A model generated the notes under the pieces. It searched no databases and had not been told where the DNA came from. It worked only from the letters and a program-made list of their open reading frames with translations. A stretch of 64,000 nt of DNA from Balanoglossus misakiensis (taxonomy: Eukaryota; Animalia; Hemichordata): contig CM082592.2 of NCBI GenBank assembly GCA_040954595.2, forward strand, positions 10,734,017 to 10,798,016, given 5' to 3'. Made by a program: the position numbers and the translations under genes. Below, piece by piece: positions 40,801 to 52,100 of this stretch. Position 1 is the stretch's first letter; each line of letters opens with the position of its first letter.

Positions 40801-43800
40801 CGTGAACTACAGCAAACATTGAAGGGACAAAATCCCTGCCTTTTCATCTTTGTGTTTTCATTGTACAACAGGATCTAATTTCTGTCAATTCAAAACTTAT
40901 ACGATAGGTTACCACCCCACCTCTTTAAGCATAAGCCTTTTCCAATGTTATTTGAACAATTATATATTGTCTACAGACATCTGCAGTATTGCGTTAATTC
41001 CAACAAAATTAGGTCCAATAGCGTCGAAAGATGGCGACATTCTCACATTTCACGGCGAACAGTGAACGTTTGATAATATAAAAGACAATGATAAAATGAG
41101 AAGGAAGAAAATCACGTCTCTACGTTGCTTGCAAAACATATTTACAACCTAAACATCTTCAACTTGAACAAATGTCATTTAAAATCTAACCATACACATG
41201 GAATTAATTTTACAATTTGCAAGACTATATATTACATGTGCAATGACATGAAAGCTGTGATCCATACCTCTTTGTAATTATCCTATACTGTTTATCCGTT
41301 CTCGTGTACAAACGCTGAAATATCATTAAAGTCATAAAAACCGGGGCAGTTCAACTTTCTTGGTTATTATACTAGTGAACCTTTTTGTAACACCGACATA
41401 CTTTTAACATGCACAGCACAATTCACCTATCTGCTGATCTATATCTCGAAAGGCATTATTTCACGATATTTACATACGAGTCGCAGATTACGCGTGTCTG
41501 TGCTTCCCATCTCAGCAGATCACGTTTCTCGGAATCTGCAGACTGGCGCGAATTTGATCTCTACGCGCTTTTAATCAAATTAAAATGCCGATTTTGGCTT
41601 ACTGATATACACCCTGTAAACATTACCCCTTGATATACATCACCTGTCTTAAATCTTGATTATAACGATGGCAGAGATGTGCTATCGCTCTCTTGGGCGG
41701 GCATAGGCTCGCTGGAACAGCACGGTCTAGATTCATACAATGTGAAATGTCGCTGCCGATGAAAATTGCATCTAATAGGATTAAAGATAAACACGAAATA
41801 TGCATGCGTGTTGGTTACATATGTGAGGTATTGGTAAACGGGTGCCTGGTTATATGACGCCTGACTGAAGGTCACTTTGAGACTCATCATAATGTCTTTG
41901 GTCTCTCTATCATAAGAGTGCTCTCAAAGTCGTCCAATTTGCCGGTTTTATTTTATTTGTGTCATCCTATAGTACGAACGTTCCTACCATCAACAATCTT
42001 CAAATATTATTTCAGGACTGAACATATTCCACTGTTTACCCATTTGAGGACATCAGCACAGTCGCCATGACTACCCCGCAACCGGGTTTACGGAGCCAAT
42101 CATAATTGGCTACTTAAACACGAACGAACTTACCAGAAAGAAAATATGCTCAGTTTCAAAATCGTTCTCGTTTACCTGGAGACACACAAAACCTTTATTG
42201 CCCAAAATCTATTTCTGGCTGACAGTTGTTTTACTGCTCATAATATATACTTTGCCACACATTTACTTTTCACAGCTTGCAGATCGTATCTTGACTATAA
42301 CCTTGACTGTTAGAGTGCAGACAAAAGTGGCTATAACTACGCTAGACCATTCAAGATTGACTGTATCTCTAGACCATAAATCTCAAGAAAAATCGCTGGT
42401 GGTCATGGTAACCCGCCCTTTCCACACCCTGCGCTGCTTTTTAGAGTGCTATGCAGTGTCTTTATTTTCTCAAAACACAAGTACTGCCTGCCACAGTTAA
42501 AAACACACAAAATCGCCTTAAACGTCAAAAATCTATTAAATTGCAAACCTGGCATAATTTGTTAGATCACATCGCATTTTGGATACAGCCCGAAAGGAGT
42601 CGGCAGAGAATTACAAAGTAATCCCTTGCATTATGTGGACAGCCGTGTATATATTAGAACCCTTGCTTTAGCTTATTCACCTTGAAGAGTGTAGAGAATA
42701 AGGCATGTCAGGATCGTGTGTTTAAACATTGATCGACGCACGGACAGTTATCTGGCAATAGTAAATGACACGTTGTCATGGTAAACCTCTGATGTGACTG
42801 TTACGTGGTGCTGTATTCATCATAAACTACTTTCGATAACCAGACACACATGTGATTCATTTTAACACCACGTAATGATGGGACTAGCATATAAATCGAA
42901 AATGCAAGACATTTTACACATCAGATGAGCTCAACGGCTAAGTATACTTCTAGGTGTGCGCTGTACTGTTTTAGAAATTGTACACGAATTTCATAGTCTT
43001 CAAAATTCATTGCATGTTGATAACGATCGGGGGAGAAAATAGAGTTGGCACGTGCGAACATTAAAACTGTAAATCGACCACGATCTAGAATAAGATCATC
43101 TTCATCTAATATTGCATTGAATCTCTATGAATATGGGAAGCTCAAATCAAGCCGACTGACGTGTGTCGGTTTGATGATTTTCGCTTCAGTGCCAGTTTGT
43201 TTTCACGTAAGAATTTCAGTTGCTAACAGTGTCGGGGGTTCTAGGGCTACGCAATTGACCAGTTTCTTAACTCCGCTAGACACTGCAAACACATGGCCAA
43301 TCGTGTTGAACAGCACAACATTTACAATCTTGTTAAACTCTGCACCTATTCTAGCTTCACACAAAGCTTGACGTGTATTACTTGGGTAGCAACCAGTTGT
43401 TACAGTAATGAACCACATCTCAACAACAGACAACAAGTTGATGTGCTTTTATGGTGATACGACATGCTGTGTGACTGGACCAAAAGGCCATGACCGTCTG
43501 CGACCAATCAGATTAACATGGCTGACCTTGATGGACCTGAGGACATGGTCATGAGAGCATTAGGTTACGCAAAAGCGACCCTGCCATTTAGATGTGAATA
43601 ATCATTGACGCACGAACATGAAAGTGTGGTGATTCAGAGTGACTTTAAAACAATTACTGGGGCTGTCCAATTACCGCACAATTGTGGCCTTTTCGAGGCA
43701 CATGCTGAGAAGGGGTTCAACATGACCCTGCTTATAAATTGCTAGACCACTCAACTGTGAGGTGAAGAAAACATCATGTGACCTCCGCTGCGAATTAGAC

Positions 43801-44404
43801 GTGCCTTTTAAATAGATCCAGCAAATCAAATGATTAGAATAAACCAAAACATGATACTCACAATAATATATGTACCGGTACATGTATATGTATGTATTTG
43901 TTGTCGTGACTTACTGAAGGGTGTCAGCATTCTTGTTAACGCTGACATCACGGACAATTCCGAAAACATATTTTTTGCTGGTAAAAAGTTAATGACGTCT
44001 ACACATCAAGGTCGTTTAGCCCTACACATTCACTTGATGCACAGGCGTTTTAGAATATCCAGTAGTTAACAACTTTCAATAAACAAGTATCAAAATAGCA
44101 ATGAGCTGAAACATGGTGGTATCGTATACCACAAAGTGTAATAGCGTCATCAGTTTACTAAGTGGCACTAATGAGGCGATACAAGTGCTCCTTTCCTGTT
44201 TGTGACAAACGTCAATGCACATTCCTTTATGACGACAGAGTCAAACGAAGAACATCATGGTCAACATCCTCTGTCGTAAACAACTTTGTACACTTCACTT
44301 GACCTGTGTCTTGAAAACCAGCAATTTTTCGCCTACTCAATTACAACATACATGTAGTTCAGGTCATTCAGTGGTATGCTTCGTATCGATCGCCTTCCAG
44401 ACCT

Positions 44405-44450
44405 CGAACTTAGTATAGTAAGCTAAAAATAACAAGAGCGGCAAAGCCGC
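44405..44450 (-). mobile_element. Possible junction of two Helentron/HINE-like element ends
   Basis: The minus strand reads GCGGC-TTT-GCCGC stem-loop + TCTTGTT (3'-end-like), immediately followed by ATTTTTAGCTTA-CTATAC-TAAGTT (5'-end-like hairpin). Confidence 0.3.
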
Positions 44451-47400
44451 ACGGCCAACAGGTGCATGTGTCGAGGTCAAATACTAATAATGAACAAATT
44501 AAGAACATATATACATGTAGTAAATATTTCTCCCCTTCATTGCCAGGTTTTGATTTTCAAACAACTCCAGATTTTGTAATATACCGGTAGCGAACGGCCT
44601 ATCAAATTTTAACTGTTGAGTAAAGCGATCGTTCCATTTTCACCTCTTCGTTTCAAGTTCAAAGGCTGGCCATACGGAGCGCCTTGTCGGTGAACTGTCA
44701 CAAAAGAATAGGCGAGAGTCATAACATTGTCTATCGCCTACAAATAATGTTATCGCGAATAATGCATAATTTTAATGCAATGTTGTAAACCGAAACGCAT
44801 TAAATGAGACAATCTGCTCCGCGTCTGTTTTACGAATCACAGAGAAAGCATTAAACTAAAGGAGAATTGAGTTGATCGCCATGGCAATATGTGTTCCTTG
44901 ATATCGAAATTGATAAAATCAGCGGGACGTATACCTCCGGGGTGCGAGGCGCGGCGGTGAGCATTTTGGAAAGGATAGCGAAGTAATGTAATATCTAAAT
45001 GGGTTTAGGTCACACAGTATGTTGGTTCGTTTTACAGTAGCTTGCACGATGCATGAATCTACGGAAACATGCATGTTTGAATGCTGATTTATTAAACCTT
45101 GAAGACCTTTGGCGCCAAGCGATAAAAGCATAACTCTATACAGAATGGAAAACGTTCCGGATAATTGACTCAGTAATTCTTATATTCCACGGCGATCTGT
45201 TAAATGTTATGACATGGAACCGTAATGTGCAGATCCGTGGTTCATCGTCTTCTAAAGAATTGTTCTCGAATTCGTCACTGGTTAATGACAATAAGCCGAC
45301 CATGTAATTGTTATATAGCAGGATGTTTAATTTGAAAACTACCGTATGGTGTCACCTATTTTCCACTTGCGACACGCGACAAAACTGACACCTGTATATA
45401 TACATACCCAATACGCCAGATAATAAACTCATGAATTGTGGTACATATAATGATTTGCTAATCGCAAGAGAGTGAAACAATCTTCCACTGACTGTTAACT
45501 TGTTCCCGTCAGCTTCAACAGCACATCGGTCTCTGTAGATGTGTACAGCCTCAGGGGATGTGTATTGCACTTCAAGAACAAGCAGGCTAATTGAATCTTA
45601 CTTGTACCGGCGGAGACAATTTGATCGTTCGCACACCTGCTCGCAAACAACCCGATCCCAAATCTCAACGGGTTAATGTATTAACATTTATATGAACACA
45701 GATGTGTGATGTTATGAGAAAAGGTTCATCATTTCACAACACAATCCAATTATGCAAGGCAATGTCATACATTACTGTGTGCATTTTATTTGGTCGCCAA
45801 TACCCCATCATTCAATCACAATACTTCACCGCTATAAAATGTAAACTCGGATCAACGGTGGCTTTCAAACAAAATCCACTATCAACATTCTTAGAGTAGT
45901 TACATCTGTCACCTACACACCACATTCTTGTTTTTAAAAACTGGGTTTAGCTGTGTTAAATGTCGTCATCTGAGCCTACTTAAATGCCCATTTATTCACT
46001 TTAATTTGTTCTCCATAGAAATCGATATAAAATATTCGCAATATCGTTCAACGTTCGTGTGAAACGCATCATCACCATGGTACCGTTTGCTGAGGCATGC
46101 TCATTTTCTCCTTTAATATTAAATGTTGACTTTTGTGATAGAAATTGTCGATTTGACGACCGACTTCACTCCTTTTGTGCAGTTCCCTCAAGCTGATAAA
46201 TCGGCTTATAACTTTCTTATGTCAGAGTAGATAACGCGTCACATTTTTTATCATTTACACCTGATAGCGCAGGACAAAGACTTATCTAATCTGAAAGTGA
46301 CAGAGTTTGTATGTCGCGCGTGTGTACACACTAACATGAAGGTCTAAAGCCAATGCATTTTTAAAGACAAAAGTGATGATTGACGTCAATTCGCGAGACT
46401 CGGTGACGCTACCTGTAGTCTCGCGACTTAGATGAGACCGCAGCGATCTCTCGGGAGTGGCGCGGAGGTTCAGCTTATAAGTCATCGAATGTAATTGTCC
46501 ATTCAAACGTACAATTATCAAAAGACCTAGAAATCCTGCTGATGCCAAATCATGGGGCAGTGATTGCACCAGTCACTCTAGTTGCCGTTTACGTCTAGGG
46601 CACTGGATTTTCGATGCCACCTATTCGTAATGATAATAACTTTCTCTCACTTTGGAATAATAACATGTCGAATATGTCAAATGTTATTTAACATTATCGT
46701 GACGACAATAACGGATTTTTGAATCAGGAATAATCCTGGAACTTAAATATATTATGCAATTTATGTTCACTAAAAATCATCCTCATTTTTTCACAGTGAG
46801 AGACCAAATCATGCATTGTCGGCTAATAATTCAAGGTAACTGGCCAAAAGACTTATACATGTACGTAAAAACCTAAACCTAAGACATTCATTTCGTTTCC
46901 ACGAGACACTATGGGACTCCGAACAACCTAACCTCCACCATATTGATGTAATTGTGCAGTTCTATCTGATGTATGTCAGTGTAAACCCTACGTTGAAGTG
47001 TCAACGCCGCATGGCAAATGTTTATCCACAAGTACCGGTACCTTAATAGGGTTGCACACAAAATGAACCTTTCTTTATATTCATATTTACACATACATAC
47101 ACAAGAAGATTTCAAAACGCGTCAGCCAAAAGATCGGCGACATCAAAGCCTATAGTTAGTTCTCTTTGGCAGAAAAAAGATTACCTTAATATTTATAATA
47201 TCCATTATAACTAATCCTGTGGTTTACCCGTTAACGCATGAATTGATATGGACGGAACAGCCAAGATTGAGTTGGGGGAATATAAATACACAAATCTGTT
47301 AATCATGCCGCGTGAATTGGCTTCTTCTGAATTGTGGCAAGGCTTTGGCAAAATCCACATGAGGCTTTTTACTTCATTGCAACACTGGAAAATGGAGAAT

Positions 47401-47542
47401 TGTTCCCGTAAAAAGCTTGGACATTCAAGAAAAAAGGGACACACGGAACGAATCAGTCTGATAGAAACTGTGAAGATGTGCACTATGGGTGTAAGGTGTG
47501 GACCCTTTAATGGGGAGGTGGTTGAAGGAGGTTTAGCGGTAA

Positions 47543-47664
47543 GGGAGCTTTCATTTATTATTAAGAGGGAGGGGGTGGGTCATGTAGAATGTGACGAATT
47601 GCTATACTGTGACCCTCTTTCGATTCCCCCGACCCGCCCCACCTCGTTATACATGGAAGTTCCC
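47543..47664. mobile_element. PIF/Harbinger (Tourist-like) MITE, 122 bp, TAA target-site duplication
   Basis: TAA at 47540-47542 and 47665-47667 flanks imperfect TIRs: left GGGAGCTTTCATTTATTAT..GAGGGAGGGGGTGGGTC versus reverse complement of the right end GGGAACTTCCATGTATAACGAGGTGGGGCGGGTC. GGG termini with a TWA TSD are typical of PIF/Harbinger MITEs. Confidence 0.7.
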
Positions 47665-49096
47665 TAAATCACACCAATAGACGACAAATCTGGCTGCGAC
47701 TTGGCTAACTCGCCCACACAGCACTCATATTGCTACTTGCAGCCCGTTGGAGAAATCGCAAGACGTCTAATTTTTCGCTTCGTGTCAAATAGCGTACGCA
47801 AAAGTGTTTTCGCTAGAGGCAACCATAGATTAGGCTGTATACGTGTGTAAAGCATCGCGCACTCTGCTTTGAAATGTCATGGTTCGTTTTTAACAACGCC
47901 TTGGATGCATTTAAACGCCAAGGGCAACCGTGCGCTGAAGTCTCTTGGGATAAAGCAATTTTTTCGAATTCACTGAATGCAATTATTACGTTTCCCCTTT
48001 CAGTGATTTGCTTGAAGTGTAGAATTACTCAACGCGAAACATCTACGAAAAAATAATATTGTACGTGAGATAACATATGAAGTATTGTCAAAGTACAAAG
48101 CAGATTCACAGATAACCTCTCCAGACTCAAGAATTATGTTTCATGAGAACTGGGTTCTAGTCTACCCACAGTAAAACAATCACGCGTTCATGGTTTTGTC
48201 GTTGTTAATTCCCATTATAAGGACTGTGTCCACGGACAGTCACATTTAACCAGCGTGTTCAATGTACCATGCAAGAAATCTTGCTTTTACCGCCAAGGGG
48301 TACACCGTTACCGCAAAGGGGGACATTTTCTTAGGAAGTATCAAAATCGTCGCAAAGTGACTCACTCCTACTCCTGCTGATGTCACAACGGTTTGGATTT
48401 ACAGGGATTAAAATTCCCCTTAAGTATAAAATAATAAACGAGAGATCTGTCAAGCACTTGTCCCTTTATAACAAATACCACCCAGTCACTCCTTCAGGCT
48501 CTTTAATGCAATTTAACCCTTTTCCTAACAAGGATACACAATTTTTTTTTCAAAGTAAGTCAGAAAATTCACGAAAGTGCCTTCGGGATTTTCCTAGGCA
48601 CTGCGTGATTTGTTTATTATCTGCGCTTCAGTTCCTCAATAACAAGGTGAACAATTTAGTCGCGGTGATACACAGAAGCACGTAGGTGTGCTTTCCCCTT
48701 AATCAGTCGTTCCATGCATTTGAAAAGAACGTTCCTAATAGAACCTCAATTAACCACATATTCAAATGCCTTTTAACAAAGGCTTGTTTGGTCAAATTTG
48801 ATCGATTTCTAAACGACGTCTTGATTTCGAGTCACATGCATCTAGACAATGTAAAGTCAAGACCAATTTCCTTTCTGGTCTGTGAAAACATACACTAATA
48901 ATAATAACGTGACTGCATTTGATGACCCCATTTCCTTCTGATTGAAAGAGAATGGTTTCAAGTGTAACAGTGACTTCCACAGACACTGAAGGAAATTTGT
49001 TATTAAGTTCCACAATGCATCATGGTGTGCTATCTTGTGTGAATGACCGCTGGATTCACCCAAGTTAGTTCAAATTTTCATTGTCATATACATTTT

Positions 49097-49139
49097 GGTG
49101 ATGGTGATGATGATTATGATGATGATGATGATGATGATG
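49097..49139. repeat. (GAT)n microsatellite
   Basis: Directly visible, imperfect. Confidence 0.9.
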
Positions 49140-52100
49140 GCGTTACAGATTAAATTAATCAAGCTTACTTGATGGACAGCAAGGGGTATAAGAGTTTCCC
49201 AGTTATTATCAGTTACTATGAGAATCCATGCAGATTGGGTACAACTGAGAATAATTGTCTATGATACATACATTAAAATTTCAAACTTTGCTATATCGCA
49301 TTGCAGATTCAGTGGACAACAAAATATTCGAAGCCGTTCCTAATCGATGGATAAGATAACCTTAAGGAACGGGCACAGCTGATGGCGAATCGGATGCAGA
49401 CAAAGAGCGTTGCCTTAGCAACTGTGTTGTCGTGTGCACATTAAAGAGAAAAGTCCCAACTACATATTTTCAAAGGTAAGACTAGCCTTATATAATGGGC
49501 TAAGTATTGCGGCTATGTGTTGTGCTTAATAGCAATTTACCAAAATATGTCTCAAAGAGAATTCTACGACTTCTAGATTCAGCCGAAAAAGAAAAGTCGC
49601 CGGGGCTTTCAAGAGCCTCCACTGAATGCAAAAAATGTATTTCAGACGAAAAAGAGTGAATGATGATCCAGGGTTGCATTCTTTTTCCCCTGAACCCTTC
49701 CAGGAATTAAAAACCCAGTTGAATTAAGACGACCCGTTTCCCTAACCACAGTAGTTTTGTGGATCGGTAAACATGCTGAACACTAAAGGCTCAAGTGTCT
49801 CCCTGCCTATAAATTGATGATATCGGTTTTCTCGTCGTGTTTAATTGTCTCTGTACAAATATTCCTCTATGGTTACCTTTGAATGACGTGCCTTATGATG
49901 CCCTTGCTCCGTTATTCAAGTCATTTGCATCTTTTCCCATGAGAAATAAAGTACCCGGATGTTACTGATGAAACAGTTCGCTGTGTTGCGCTGGCGAAGA
50001 CAGTGATTCTGTTTTGTTATATAATCGATCGGTCTTTTGCAAAGACTTATCATTGTTGGAATTTAGGGCGAGTCATGCCTTTATGTATAGATAACTCACT
50101 TCGTTGCAGATTTGTTGATTGGTCATATCAAAGAATCAATCGATGGCTTTGTCAAGTTCAAACTCTTGCTGCACGCACTCGAATCATTATCTTTTATATG
50201 TTGGCGTTTCCTCGACGAATCTTTCTGGGAATCATTAGCATTGAAAATCGACCAATTGCCCGAGATTTTACAGAAAAAAATGTGGATTTTTGTCACCGAT
50301 AATACGAATGTGATGATTGTTCCAAGTGACCATTGACCCTTGGCTTTTTATAGCACTTCAGGGAGATGTCGGCTGCTCTTAAAAGATACCATCGAAAGGA
50401 CTCTTCACTTGAGCACGTCCCCATCCAGTAATAGGAGTCAGATTAACTTTGGTTCCCAGACGTGGATTTATTGTTCATCTACAACCGGTGGACCGTACCC
50501 TAGTGGCCACTTGAAGATATCATAACAACGTACGTACTAGTATTCTTCTGATAAAACTTCCCCGGCGTCAAGCATAGTAAATTGCCGTTTGGTCCATATG
50601 ACATACATGTATATGAAAACTCTGTTATAAATGTGTGTGGATGACTGCCTTCAACTCTGAAGGAATGTGTCGGCGGGTTTTCTTGGAGGGGATTTTGATG
50701 ACGTATGGATGAACCAGAAAAACCTAAAGTTGAAGGTTGAAAAGCTGACCTTTCCTGTTGTAAATGTGCAAACCATTCATATCCAATTTCTGAAGACCAA
50801 AGTTGAAAACCTAGGAAGGACTTGAGACATTCGTCTGTGTGTCCACCTGCTGACACGACCTGTCTATTACAATTAAACGTAGAAAGAAACCTAAATCTAA
50901 AGCATGAAGCAGAACTAATGACAATGTCCGGGAAAAAACATGATATTTTGTGAAAGGCAAACCAGTTGTGAATAGTTGCTGCAGATGCCAATAACTTTTG
51001 GCCCTGCTGTGCACAATGACAGTCAGGTCTCCTCACACAGCTTGAATCTCGATAATTCTCACTAATCCAGTCAAATTTCTACCCCATGCACCATTTCCAG
51101 CTGTCAAAACGTCAGGATCTGAGTAAATGTTATATCAGTTTTATGCTCCAGATGGCTTCAGATGAAAACGATGCAATGTACCGTACGTACGGCACGCCAT
51201 TATTTTCAGGAAATAGCTTTTTTCAAATCGAGTGTAAATACACAGTCACGCGAGGCCGAACACCCCGCAAATAGGCACGTCGATTAACTTACAGATACAG
51301 CCTTCACCAGGTTTCCTAATTAACCTTGGACAGGTTTCACAAGGAGCAAGGTATCTGTGTAATGAATAAATTGTTGGTAATGGCCGCACTAAAAGGCAAT
51401 GTTTACAGACCTATTAAAAGCTTTTGGTTAGTGCAATAAAATTCTGCATTGAATACAGGGAGCAATCTGTTCCGGTCAATTTCTGTCAGTAGGAAACGCT
51501 CTCAATCAATCGCGTTTGTTTAACTTAATGACATGAGCGAGAAAACGCAGGTTGCAGCTGTCTCTTTGCAAAATGACAACTCGCTCACAGGTCACACTCT
51601 AAGGACAATGCAAGGCCGAGACCTTGACATACATGGCACTCTAGGCGTGAACTTGAACATTGATTCAAAAAGGTCATTAGAGCCTGACAAGTTTGATTAT
51701 CAACTCTGTACGAATGCGTGCAGAGTTAAATGTAGAAACACGTCTCCTACAATTTCTGGTGAAAACAGATCTATACACGTACGGTTCAGCCAGGTAAATT
51801 GGTGGTACATTATACTTCAGCTTGTTGTCTGTACGTTCACCTTATGTCCAACCAGTTATCCAGTATCGCCCAGCTAGAGACTGCCGTCAGCGATAACGAA
51901 CTTTGCGCTTTATAGCTGCCGTAGTTAGAAGCCACCCGCAAAGAGGCTATGTGCCGATATGCGTGCATCTAAACACGACCCAGGGGTATAATTGAAAATT
52001 ATAGGACCCTGGTTCACAAGTACTCGATAATGACAGTTTTGAGGCGGATGAAACATCTTTTGACGATATCGCGTGACCTGGTACAAGCGTTACCATGGAC

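Noticed and set aside
47248-47667. 139-aa ORF as a gene
   Set aside because: No recognisable domain, and its 3' part runs through the MITE and stops at the TSD.
47688-47700. ATCTGGCTGCGAC resembling vertebrate 7SK 5' sequence
   Set aside because: The GAUC motif is broken, and there is no GGATG start, partner GATC or 3' stem with an oligo-T terminator.
50500-51036. 178-aa minus-strand ORF
   Set aside because: Non-ATG start, random-like composition, and no motif or splice support.
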